Origin: an uncultured Bacilli bacterium
GTDB taxonomy: Bacteria; Bacillota_I; Bacilli_A; RF39; UBA660
Direction of reading: 5' to 3'
DNA: 62,437 nt
NCBI GenBank assembly: GCA_944332555.1
Contig: CALVKF010000003.1
Location: 1 to 62,437 of the forward strand
A program made the translations under genes and the position numbers. Below the pieces are notes generated by a model, which saw only the letters and a program-made list of their open reading frames with translations, made no database searches and was not told where the DNA came from. Shown here in pieces: positions 30,830 through 40,505 of this stretch (position 1 is the first letter of the stretch; every line of letters begins with the position of its first letter).

Positions 30830-31180
30830 CTATTTTTCTTTAAAATTCGTCATCCAATAAAAATTTACTAGCCAAAATTCGTTCATTAAATCTGTATATT
30901 CACTAGCTTGTACAGGAACAAACTCTTCATCTTCTTCATAATATATGATATTTATGACATCAATATATTCTTTTACATCATTAGTAAACTGGGTATACTC
31001 ATTTCCTTCATAACCCACATATTCAAAAAACTCATTTATTAGAAAATTAGGACTAATATAACCTAAATCACCAACAAATTCTTTATCAAATACTTTTTTA
31101 GCTTCATCATTAGCATTTTCTTGAAAGTAATTTTTAAATCCCCAAATTGTTTCATTTAAATATTCCTTTTTTAGATTCAA
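30830..31180 (-). CDS. Small acidic hypothetical protein, last gene of the AlbA_2/Fic cluster
   Basis: 116-aa ORF with no recognisable family. Confidence 0.5.
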   Translation of the reverse strand: MNLKKEYLNETIWGFKNYFQENANDEAKKVFDKEFVGDLGYISPNFLINEFFEYVGYEGNEYTQFTNDVKEYIDVINIIYYEEDEEFVPVQASEYTDLMNEFWLVNFYWMTNFKEK

Positions 31181-31243
31181 TTCTATTAAATCATATATTG
31201 TTTTTGCATATTTATTAATATCACCCTTTATTGCAAAAAAATA

Positions 31244-32097
31244 CTAATTTTCCATATTAAATAACTCTTTTACAATAAGATCTTTTGAATGCAAATCATT
31301 ATTCTTACCTAATAACAAGTTTTCATAAAATTTTATTAAGAAACTATTATCTTGTTTTATATTTAAATAATTATTAAAGTAATTACTTCTTACTAGTGCA
31401 TTTCTATAATAAACAGATTTATCTTTGAACATAGTATTATCTACCGTATATCCAAGCGATATTAGATTAGATACTTTTCTATAAATAAGGCAGTAGTTCT
31501 AGTGTTACCTTCTCTAAAGGGGTGAACCTGCCACAAATTAGAAGAAAAGTTAGTTATATTAATAATTACATCAACCATATTCATTTCTTTATAATTTTTC
31601 ATTTTTTCTAATGATATATCATAATCGAGTGATTGCTCTAAAAATCTACAATCACCATAAGCAACTGAATCATTATTTAAAATCCTTTCATGTTTAGAAA
31701 AATCTACTTTTCTAAATTCTCCAGCGAATTCATACACATCTTTGAATAAAAATTTGTGAATATATTTTATATAGTCTACTGATAATTCAAAATTATCTTC
31801 TTCTAAGAGCTCAACTATTCTCGTAGAAACTAAATCGCATTCAAATTCATCCCAAACTATTTCATCTGATTTATCTTTTTCTACATAATATCGTTTTAAT
31901 TCATGTTCAACTTCATAAATTGTTTTTTCACCTGTTATATTTTCTTGTAACAACTTTTCTAAATACTTTGATGGCTTTAAATTATCAACTTCTTGAAGTC
32001 CAATTGCCATATCCCACTCTTGTTGTTTTATATTATATTTAGTTGTCCCCATTTCAATATAATTATTAACACTTGAATCTAATTCTTTTTCAGACAT
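31244..32097 (-). pseudogene. Fic-domain protein split by a 1-nt frameshift at CTAATCTAATA (around 31458-31470)
   Basis: The 211-aa ORF ends just after the Fic motif HPFREGNTRTTALFIEKYL. In the -1 frame the reading continues ...NLISLGYTVDNTMFKDKSVYYRNALVRSNY into the 62-aa ORF. The motif itself deviates from HPFx(D/E)GNGRxxR, with G to T and the final R to A. Confidence 0.75.
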
Positions 32098-32144
32098 TTC
32101 TACCTCCTCTTGCTAAGTTTTTTTACTAAACATAAAAATATATA

Positions 32145-33800
32145 TTACTTTATTTTCCAAATTTGTGCTTTATTATCAAAAATTATTTTATTTTCGTCTT
32201 TTAATATTTTAATTAAATATCTCACTCTATTAATTTTATTTTTCCTATTCATAAAATTGGGTAATTTAGAATCTAATAGTTGTATAATATCATTTCTTGT
32301 AGCTCCATTAAATTTTTTTATATATTTTAAAATTAATTCTTTATAGAAATCATTACTTAATCCAACATTTAAAATATAATCTTCTTTATTATCAGTAAGT
32401 TCTGCAATTGAAGAAGATATATAAATATTTGGGTATCTTCCTTCAACTAAATCGGATTCCTTTAAATGTTCAAATTGTTCTTTAGTTATAAATAAGTTCT
32501 TTTGAACTCTATCTAATAACACTACATCACTTAAAGAAAGTTTAGTTTGTTCAAATAACAATTTACTATATTTTTCATCAATTATCGTTCCATATAAAGT
32601 TACTTTAACTCTGTTTTGTTCACTAAAGTCATAGTCAGGCATTGGAAAATATTTATCCCTTTGAATTTTATATATTCTTTTAATACCACTACCAGCTGTA
32701 TCAATCATATTTAAATTAACCATTGCTTGAACTAAAAATGGATTTCGATAAAATGGCGATGAAAATCCATTTTCTAATACTTTATTAATATCTTCTGGGA
32801 TAAAATTTCCTTCATTTATAAACATTAGTTTATCCTTAAACTCAACTACATTAATCATCCTACTTAAGCTATAATTTTGATGTACAATACAATTATTAAT
32901 TAATTCATGAATAGTAAATGAATCATATTGATAAATTTCAATTGGGAATAAAGAACTATCATCAACTATATATCTATATCTTAAATTTCTTATTTTAGAA
33001 TATAAATTTTCTATATTTACTAAAAAGGGTATACCAAAATGTTCATAATCAATTATATTATCTTCACCAGCTAATTTCCAAGTCATTCTTGGAGCATTTC
33101 CCTCAATTAAGTAATCATAATCATTTTTTCCCAACAACAACATTGCTGTATTTGTAATTTTTCCATTTAATGTTAATTTAGCCTTATTTAAAAATTCTTC
33201 ATCGCTTAACTCGTCTATTTCATTAGCTATTTCTTTTCCTTCATGCTTTTTCTTAAATTGTTCTCTTGCTAACAAAATGGCTTTTGAATCTAAATTATTA
33301 ATACTTGCTGATGATATAATTTGCCTTGACCAATCATATATGGCAGTATTTCTAATTTGTTCAATTTTATTTTGACTTAACGGTTTAAGCGATTCACCAA
33401 CTCTACCATAAGCAAAACCTTTCCAGCTTATTGGAATACCAACAGCTGCCGGTACTTGAAACATAATTACTCTTTTACCATTGATAACTAAAGGATAAAT
33501 TTCTATAAAACCTATGCTATCGGTCGTATTATCCATAATTTGTTTTTTAACATGATTAAAATTATTATCAGGACAATATCTAGTATTTGTAAATTCATGA
33601 GTTTTATCATCAACTCCAAATACTATCCAACTATATTGCTTATTTCTTAAAGTTGCTTCATTACCTATAGCTGAAAAATATTTTCCAAGTTTATCAATAT
33701 CAAAATTATTTTCTGCTTTTTTGAACTCAACACATTCTGTTTCATAATTTTTAATTAACATTTCTAAAATAGATACTAATTCTTCTTCTGTTTTATACAT
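32145..33800 (-). CDS. AlbA_2 (Schlafen-like DNA-binding) plus HATPase_c_4-type putative regulator (RecG-like annotation class)
   Basis: N-terminal ETECVEFKKAENNF...YFSAIGNEATL is typical of AlbA_2. The middle and C-terminal regions (IVHQNYS..., GSGIKRI) fit an ATPase-like fold. Start set to ATG 33800, 6 nt after GAGGTG. Confidence 0.7.
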   Translation of the reverse strand: MYKTEEELVSILEMLIKNYETECVEFKKAENNFDIDKLGKYFSAIGNEATLRNKQYSWIVFGVDDKTHEFTNTRYCPDNNFNHVKKQIMDNTTDSIGFIEIYPLVINGKRVIMFQVPAAVGIPISWKGFAYGRVGESLKPLSQNKIEQIRNTAIYDWSRQIISSASINNLDSKAILLAREQFKKKHEGKEIANEIDELSDEEFLNKAKLTLNGKITNTAMLLLGKNDYDYLIEGNAPRMTWKLAGEDNIIDYEHFGIPFLVNIENLYSKIRNLRYRYIVDDSSLFPIEIYQYDSFTIHELINNCIVHQNYSLSRMINVVEFKDKLMFINEGNFIPEDINKVLENGFSSPFYRNPFLVQAMVNLNMIDTAGSGIKRIYKIQRDKYFPMPDYDFSEQNRVKVTLYGTIIDEKYSKLLFEQTKLSLSDVVLLDRVQKNLFITKEQFEHLKESDLVEGRYPNIYISSSIAELTDNKEDYILNVGLSNDFYKELILKYIKKFNGATRNDIIQLLDSKLPNFMNRKNKINRVRYLIKILKDENKIIFDNKAQIWKIK

Positions 33801-33907
33801 AGTAAACACCTCAAATACATTATACAGTATTATAAGAATTTTTGCATTATAATTCTATTAAAAAATTCCAATTTGTTACAATTCACAGTCTAAATAATTT
33901 TAAACTC

Positions 33908-33945
33908 GAAAAAATGAAGCAGTTTATTTTATTGTTGCTTCATCT
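33908..33945 (-). terminator. Rho-independent terminator of the jet operon
   Basis: Stem ATGAAGCA/TGCTTCAT with a 14-nt loop, then T5 on the minus strand. Confidence 0.7.
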
Positions 33946-33970
33946 TTATCTAAAACAATTTGTGATAATA

Positions 33971-34120
33971 AGTTTTTTTGCTCTCACCACAGCATTTTTT
34001 GCTCTCCCACAGCATTTTTTGCTCTCATCACAGCATTTTTTGCTCTCACCACAGCATTTTTTGCTCTTATCACAGCATTTTTTGCTCTCACCACAGCATT
34101 TTTTGCTCTCGTCACAGTAC
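33971..34120. repeat. Tandem array of about 7 units of a 21-bp repeat (CACAGCATTTTTTGCTCTCNN) between the jetD stop and the operon terminator
   Basis: Unit starts are at 33988, 34008, 34029, 34050, 34071, 34092 and 34113. The first spacing is 20 bp and the rest are 21 bp. Each unit contains a T6/A6 tract flanked by AGCA/TGCT. Confidence 0.95.
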
Positions 34121-34145
34121 AAACTAACAAATTTCTGTCAGTAAA

Positions 34146-35345
34146 TTAACAGAATTTATTTTCCTCTACCCATTTCATTATATCATCAATTAACTTTTCT
34201 TGATACCCAGTTCTTTTAGTTTTTAATATTTCATCTTTAATTATAAATAATTCCTCACATTTAATATTATCTAATTTTTTTATTCTACTATCACTTATAA
34301 TTTTATCTGAAATAGCTTTCTTAAAATAATATTCATCATAAAAGATTAATTTTAAATTAGGATATTTTTCTTTTAACCTATCGGCAATTAATAACCCTTC
34401 TGGATCAAAATCCCCATTATAATAAAGTTCATGATTATCTAGTTTATTAATTAAAGAAAATACTGCTAAATTAGGATTACCATTAGTTACAATTATTCCA
34501 ATATTAGCATCCATTTTAATTAAATCATTTAATATTGAAGGATTTTCAACTATTAATATTTTTTTATTTAACGAAAATACATTATCTAATTTATTAATAT
34601 TATTTAAATTAAGAATAATTGATTCTTTATTATCCGCTAATATATTTAGGTAATTATTACCTCTTAAATTAAATGTTAATACAGTATTAGAAAAACTATC
34701 AATAATTATATTTACAGAATTTAATAATTCTATTTTAAAAGTTCTAGTATTTATGTAATCAACATTTTTATAAATTGCTAAATACTTTAAAAATATATTA
34801 GAATTTTTAGTATCTAAATCAAAATAATGGGGATCTTTAGCAATACTCGCCGCAAATATACTGAGTAATGTAGGATTTTTAGGTAAATTTAATATTGCTT
34901 TAATTACATTATAAAATAATTCTTTGTCATTATTTAATAAATAAATTATTTTTTTATAATTTTTAAGTATTAAATAATCTATAAATTCATTATTAAAAAA
35001 ATTTCTAAATTCATCTATTAAAACATCATCTTTATTTTTCTTTATATTCTTTAATTCCTGTTTAGTTATAATATCTTTATATAAATAATTAATAATATCA
35101 TAAATATTATAATCACTATATTTACTTTTTTCTAAAGATTCATTTATATCACTAATTTTTATTTTATTAATACCTATATTTAAATATTTATTATTTCGAA
35201 GAAACATTTCTATTTCTTTTATTTCAGATTCATTAGTAATATTTACATTAACTATTCCCTTTATATCTCCCTTTTTTATATATTTTTCTTTAATTGCCTC
35301 AAATAAAGGAGATAATTCTTTGGTTTTAAAATACTGTAGATTCAT
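34146..35345 (-). CDS. jetD: Wadjet JetD-like protein (DUF2399/Toprim-type nuclease subunit)
   Basis: It is the fourth gene of the operon. The C-terminal domain carries ELYYNGDFDPEGLLIADRL, a Toprim-like DxD. Start chosen at ATG 35345, giving a 20-nt overlap with jetC; the track start at 35393 is unsupported. Confidence 0.75.
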   Translation of the reverse strand: MNLQYFKTKELSPLFEAIKEKYIKKGDIKGIVNVNITNESEIKEIEMFLRNNKYLNIGINKIKISDINESLEKSKYSDYNIYDIINYLYKDIITKQELKNIKKNKDDVLIDEFRNFFNNEFIDYLILKNYKKIIYLLNNDKELFYNVIKAILNLPKNPTLLSIFAASIAKDPHYFDLDTKNSNIFLKYLAIYKNVDYINTRTFKIELLNSVNIIIDSFSNTVLTFNLRGNNYLNILADNKESIILNLNNINKLDNVFSLNKKILIVENPSILNDLIKMDANIGIIVTNGNPNLAVFSLINKLDNHELYYNGDFDPEGLLIADRLKEKYPNLKLIFYDEYYFKKAISDKIISDSRIKKLDNIKCEELFIIKDEILKTKRTGYQEKLIDDIMKWVEENKFC

Positions 35346-38300
35346 ACTCTTCATACTCCATATCACTAGTAACCAAATTCTTTTTAGAACCATTCCAAAT
35401 ATAACGAATTACACTAATAACATCCGACTCTGGCATATGATAAAGCTCAGCAATAGACAACTTTTTAACACTTTCATAATCACCCCATAACATTTGACTT
35501 GTTAAAATATAATCTAAATCAAGTTCACTTAAAATACGGAATGAATCAAGGATATTCACATCATCTACTCCTGCAAAGGCTTCATCTAAAGCAATAACTC
35601 TTGGAGCATCACTTCTAGCAGAATTATATTTAGCATTAATCCCCGCAAATAAAGGGATATACATAGCAATAGCTTTTTCTCCACCACTAAATTTACTAAA
35701 TTCTTTATCAGTTAATTCTTTTTTATCTTGATTAGCTCTTTTTACATAAAGTTTAAATTGAAACCATTTACGATAATCTAAAACATTTTTAATTATTTCA
35801 ATATAATTAACTTCCCCTTTTTCATATTTTTCTTCTTCAGCTCTAATTTTACTTCTAAAGTGCTCTACTATTCTTTGTTGATCACTTTCACTAACCATTT
35901 GGGCACTAGCATTAAATATATCAACAATTTCTTTTGTATCTAACTCTTCTTCCGCTTCCCTATCTTTTCCTCTCCATTCTAAAGAAAAACTAAGGCCACT
36001 TGAAGTATTCATTCGCTCCATAATACTCTTAACTTCCATAACCCATTTATTACTGCTTTTAATTTTTTCTCTAATACTATCACCAACATTATTTAAAAGT
36101 AAATCTTCAAATAACTTTCTATCTTCAATACTAAGTAGTTCTTTATTACTTTCCAATTCAATAAAAATATTATCACTAAGTTCTAATATATTTATACTTT
36201 TACCACTACTTGCTCTAAACAATAAATCCTTTCTTTTAGCACTACTTAATATTTCTTTTATTTTTTCTTGTAATTTTATATCTTCTGTATATTTTATTGC
36301 CTCATCTTCTAAATCACTAAATAAATCAATTCTTTTACCACCATAATTTTGCAACTTAAATAAGTGATCACTAGTTCTATCATAAAATGCACTATTAGCA
36401 TCATCTATAGTTCTATTTTTCTCTAATTTAAAATTTTTAAACCATTCATTAAAATCTTCAATTGGTTCTTGATATCTACTATAATGTAAATTATATTCTA
36501 AATCAAAAATATCTTTTAAAACTTTATTAATAATTATTTCTTCATTCAAATTTTCTTGTTCATCCTTATAATCTTTTTCTTGATGGAACAATTCATTTTC
36601 AGCAGTTGCTCGTTCTTTAATTATCTCATTATTTCTATTTTCTAATCTACTTTCTTCTTCTTTTAAATTTTTAATAGTATATAAAATATCTTTATTTTCA
36701 TCTTTATTAAGTTCTTCTTGTATTTTATCTATTTCTTTTATTTTACTATTTAACAAAGCTTCATTATTATTAGCACTAGTAATCATATTATCTATTGATT
36801 CTTCTAAATCTTCTATGTTACTTTTAATACTATCTATAATATCTTGTTTATGTAAAATATTATCATTTTTAGTTTGCATTTTATTAATATTATCTAAAAG
36901 TTCATTTAAATTATTTAATGATTCACTTAAATTATTAGAATTTACTTCTACATTAAAATCATATTTATTTAATAAAATATCTTGTTCTATTTTTTTAACA
37001 TCATCTAAAATAATTGCTATATTTTCTTTTTTACTATCAATAATTTCTTTAGAACTATTTATCTTTTGTTCTATATTTTTTATACTGTCTATTAGCATCA
37101 AATATTTATCAAAACTTATATTTTGATTTTTTTCATTTTCTAATATATTTAAATTACTTAAAATATTTTGATAATCATTATTAAAATCATCTATATTATT
37201 ATTAATTATAGTTATTTCATTATCTATATCTTGAGTTAATTTATTTATATAATTTTCTCTTTCTTTATGACCAATATATTTTAAATCATAATCACTAATA
37301 ACTTTACCAGTTATAATACCCATACTATAATTGCCAGATTCATCTATATATACATCATCTATATTACTACCAATACTATTTAAAATATCAGTAACTTCAT
37401 TAACATAATCTTTATTAATTATCTTGAAATATTTTAAAATAGAATTATTTTTATTTCTTAAATTACCAAAAGTTTTTGGTAAAACCAAAGAATTATTTTT
37501 AATAACTAAAGTTTGTAATAAACCAAGTGCTCTTAAAGAATTTTCAATATTTTTTCTAATACTAATATCTATACCATCTCTAAATTCAATCAGTTCATAT
37601 AAATATGCACATTCTATACCTTTAGATTTAGCATATTCCCCTCTTTCATAATCATTAATATTACTTTCAAATATATTTTTTATATTTAATTTTTGTTCAT
37701 TTAAAACATCTAACTTACCTTTTTCCTTTATTAGTTTATTGTCAAGAATATTTTTAGCTTTATTTAAATCATTTTTAATATCAAAATAAACTTTATTAAA
37801 TATTTCTGTAACTAAATAGATATTATTATCCATTTTATTTAAAATATTCTGTATATCACTTATATTATCATCATTTAACTTAAATACTTGATTATTTTTA
37901 GTATTATTAAAAATAACCATTAAATTTTGAATTTCTGAAACCATGCTTTTTGATACAATTATTTTTTCATCATTAAATTTAACAATATTATCTTCTTCTT
38001 TTGAAATAACATCTTCTAGTAATTTAGAACTTTCTAAAAGTTTATCTTTTTTATTTACAAATTTAAATAAATTATTTATTATATCTTTTTTAGATTTTAT
38101 AATATCTGATATTCCTTTATCTTCAATTTTATCTTTAAATAAATCACTAAAATTGCTATTTTCTAAATTGTATTTAGCTTCATCATAATAAATATTATAT
38201 TCTCTTTTAGCAATATATAATTCATCTTCAGTGCTCTTTAAAGCAATATTTTTATCATTAATTTTTTCATTGCATTTATTAATAATTTCTTTATCTTTAT

Positions 38301-39351
38301 CCAATTTTTCTTTTAATTCATCTACATCTTTTTCTAAGCTTATCTTTTTATCTACTAAAGAAACTATATTATTACTATCTAACTCTTCACTCTTAGATTT
38401 AATATTATATATTTCTAAATTTATTTCTTTTTGTTCAATATCTAATAAGTTAATATTTTCTTTTAAATTTTCTATTTTTGTTTTTATATCTTCAATATTC
38501 TTTTTACTTATTTTTAACTTATCATTAGATTTTATATAATTACTTGCTTTATGATAAAGATAAACATCACTATAATCATAAAAACTGTTTTTAAGTAAAT
38601 TTAAATTATTATATTCAACTGTTAAATCATCTATTTTTTCTTTATATTGATTCATATTTTCAATAGAATCAGACATTTTTTGAATATCAGCATCACTAAT
38701 TGGATCAAGTACACTTGCTAAGATATTAACAAGTATAGTTGGTTTATATTCTTTAGATAATTTAGGACTTCTAAGTTGCAACATTAAATTTATTAATTCC
38801 GAATACATACTAGCATTTTCATAGCCAAATAATAATCTATTAACCATATTTTTATATTCTTTTTGGCTAGTTACAAATTCTCCACCAGTACCAACAGCAA
38901 CCTTACATTCATTTTTAGATAATGGTATTTTATTTAAATGATCTTTATAAAGTAAAAATCCATCCTTTATTCTCCGATTATCTGTTAAAGCAAAGCCCCA
39001 AAAATCCATACTTCTATTTTTTACTGCTCTAAGACCTATTCCTATAGTTAAATATTTATTTATATCCTTTCTAAAAAACTCCATATAAATATAACTAGTA
39101 TTTTCAGGCATATCACTATTACTAGGTAATACATATTCTTCTATTTTTCTATCTCTGCTACCAAAGGTATCAAATCGCTCAGCATTTTTATTGCCATCAA
39201 ATAAAAGAGGAAATGCTGAAACCATCGTAACCGTTTTACCAGCACCATTTCCTCCGCGAAGAAGTAATTTGCCATCACAAAAATGAAATTCTTCTTCATC
39301 ATATAACCAATAATTTAAAAATCCAATTTTATTAATTTTATAACGCTCCAT
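35326..39351 (-). CDS. jetC: Wadjet JetC-like SMC-family ATPase
   Basis: Walker A GGNGAGKT near the N-terminus, about 1000 aa of coiled coil, signature FSGGEKAIAM and Walker B RVIALDEAFAGVD near the C-terminus. Start ATG 39351 forms a TAATG overlap with the jetB stop after GGGAGGAATA. Confidence 0.85.
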   Translation of the reverse strand: MERYKINKIGFLNYWLYDEEEFHFCDGKLLLRGGNGAGKTVTMVSAFPLLFDGNKNAERFDTFGSRDRKIEEYVLPSNSDMPENTSYIYMEFFRKDINKYLTIGIGLRAVKNRSMDFWGFALTDNRRIKDGFLLYKDHLNKIPLSKNECKVAVGTGGEFVTSQKEYKNMVNRLLFGYENASMYSELINLMLQLRSPKLSKEYKPTILVNILASVLDPISDADIQKMSDSIENMNQYKEKIDDLTVEYNNLNLLKNSFYDYSDVYLYHKASNYIKSNDKLKISKKNIEDIKTKIENLKENINLLDIEQKEINLEIYNIKSKSEELDSNNIVSLVDKKISLEKDVDELKEKLDKDKEIINKCNEKINDKNIALKSTEDELYIAKREYNIYYDEAKYNLENSNFSDLFKDKIEDKGISDIIKSKKDIINNLFKFVNKKDKLLESSKLLEDVISKEEDNIVKFNDEKIIVSKSMVSEIQNLMVIFNNTKNNQVFKLNDDNISDIQNILNKMDNNIYLVTEIFNKVYFDIKNDLNKAKNILDNKLIKEKGKLDVLNEQKLNIKNIFESNINDYERGEYAKSKGIECAYLYELIEFRDGIDISIRKNIENSLRALGLLQTLVIKNNSLVLPKTFGNLRNKNNSILKYFKIINKDYVNEVTDILNSIGSNIDDVYIDESGNYSMGIITGKVISDYDLKYIGHKERENYINKLTQDIDNEITIINNNIDDFNNDYQNILSNLNILENEKNQNISFDKYLMLIDSIKNIEQKINSSKEIIDSKKENIAIILDDVKKIEQDILLNKYDFNVEVNSNNLSESLNNLNELLDNINKMQTKNDNILHKQDIIDSIKSNIEDLEESIDNMITSANNNEALLNSKIKEIDKIQEELNKDENKDILYTIKNLKEEESRLENRNNEIIKERATAENELFHQEKDYKDEQENLNEEIIINKVLKDIFDLEYNLHYSRYQEPIEDFNEWFKNFKLEKNRTIDDANSAFYDRTSDHLFKLQNYGGKRIDLFSDLEDEAIKYTEDIKLQEKIKEILSSAKRKDLLFRASSGKSINILELSDNIFIELESNKELLSIEDRKLFEDLLLNNVGDSIREKIKSSNKWVMEVKSIMERMNTSSGLSFSLEWRGKDREAEEELDTKEIVDIFNASAQMVSESDQQRIVEHFRSKIRAEEEKYEKGEVNYIEIIKNVLDYRKWFQFKLYVKRANQDKKELTDKEFSKFSGGEKAIAMYIPLFAGINAKYNSARSDAPRVIALDEAFAGVDDVNILDSFRILSELDLDYILTSQMLWGDYESVKKLSIAELYHMPESDVISVIRYIWNGSKKNLVTSDMEYEEYESTVF

Positions 39352-40505
39352 TATTCCTCCCAAAAAGATAACATTTCAATGTTTTCCTCTTCTTTTTCTT
39401 CAATTTTATCAAACATTCCTTCATACATATAAGTAATTGGATAGATTAATACATTATCTTCCATTATTTTTAGCATTTTAAAAGATTCCATATAATTGCT
39501 TATTTCTATACAAAATTTCAAACTAGATAATTCTCTATATTTTTTAGAAAAATATTTATAATTTTCTTCATATACATTTTGTAATATATTATTAAAATTT
39601 GTTTTACTAATCACATTAGTATTATTTTCTTCTATATAATTTCTCACATAATGGCAAACTAAAAGTATAATATCAGTTATTGATTTATTTAAATTAGGAA
39701 ATATATCATCACACTCATCAGTACTTACTACCGCCATATCTTTAACAAATATTAGTTCTCCTTTTAAATACTTTTCTACATCCTTTGATATATTATTACG
39801 CATATTGCGTAAATACAAAAAAGCATCATTTCTAAGATCTAATAAAGGCACCAGTGGATATAAAAATAAAGCTCGATAGGCAATTATCCTTTTATATTCT
39901 AAATTATCAAAAGTCATTAATTCCTTATCAATAAAATCTTGTGCCTCACTACACTTAAATACATCAAATTTAAAATTACGAACTACATAATGAGATAAGG
40001 TAGTATTTTCATATAATGCCTCAGCCCTTATATCATCTGAAAAATCTAAACTTTTATCTCGAAGACGAATTATACCAATAGATGTTGCATATTTTAAAAC
40101 ATCAACTAAACTCTTACGATCTTTATACTTAGTCCAATCTGGTTTTATATCACCATTAATACCCGCTAGAATATTATCTATATACTCGGTTAAATTAGAT
40201 AATACGAATTGTTCATCTAATCCTTTATCTTCTAAAAACATTATTAGAATAATATATAAAACATAATCTAATTCATCATCAAATTCATCTATTTTATACA
40301 CATCATCTAACCATATTGGAACCTTTTCCATTTTTATTAACTTATTATTAGCAATTACATCACACCCCATTTTATTAGCGATTTCTCTTATATCAGTTAT
40401 TTTACTTTTGATTTTATAAAAATCACTATCATCTTTAGTAACCCATAATTTATTTAAAAGACTACTAAATTCTTCTAAATATTCTTCATTCACTTCTATC
40501 ACCAA
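39351..40505 (-). CDS. jetB: Wadjet JetB-like kleisin-associated subunit (DUF2398-size class)
   Basis: Assigned from its position between jetA and jetC and its 384-aa size. The start is uncertain: TTG 40505, GTG 40502, or GTG 40493 after GGTGA. Confidence 0.65.
   Translation of the reverse strand: MVIEVNEEYLEEFSSLLNKLWVTKDDSDFYKIKSKITDIREIANKMGCDVIANNKLIKMEKVPIWLDDVYKIDEFDDELDYVLYIILIMFLEDKGLDEQFVLSNLTEYIDNILAGINGDIKPDWTKYKDRKSLVDVLKYATSIGIIRLRDKSLDFSDDIRAEALYENTTLSHYVVRNFKFDVFKCSEAQDFIDKELMTFDNLEYKRIIAYRALFLYPLVPLLDLRNDAFLYLRNMRNNISKDVEKYLKGELIFVKDMAVVSTDECDDIFPNLNKSITDIILLVCHYVRNYIEENNTNVISKTNFNNILQNVYEENYKYFSKKYRELSSLKFCIEISNYMESFKMLKIMEDNVLIYPITYMYEGMFDKIEEKEEENIEMLSFWEE

Noticed and set aside
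33971-34120. Possible CRISPR array
   Set aside because: The units are directly adjacent with a 21-bp period and no unique spacers. No cas genes are in the window.
33842-34144. 100-aa plus-strand ORF with QHFLLSS repeats
   Set aside because: It is simply the translation of the 21-bp tandem DNA repeat. It has no RBS and lies between the jetD stop and the operon terminator on the opposite strand.
35326-39363. Plus-strand ORFs inside jetC (36815-37126, 37424-37651, 37943-38188, 38231-38539) and inside jetA (40934-41206)
   Set aside because: They are antisense to a well-supported long gene. Their Leu/Ser/Phe/Ile-rich low-complexity products are typical of the reverse frame of Lys/Glu/Asn-rich AT-rich coding sequence. 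None has an RBS.
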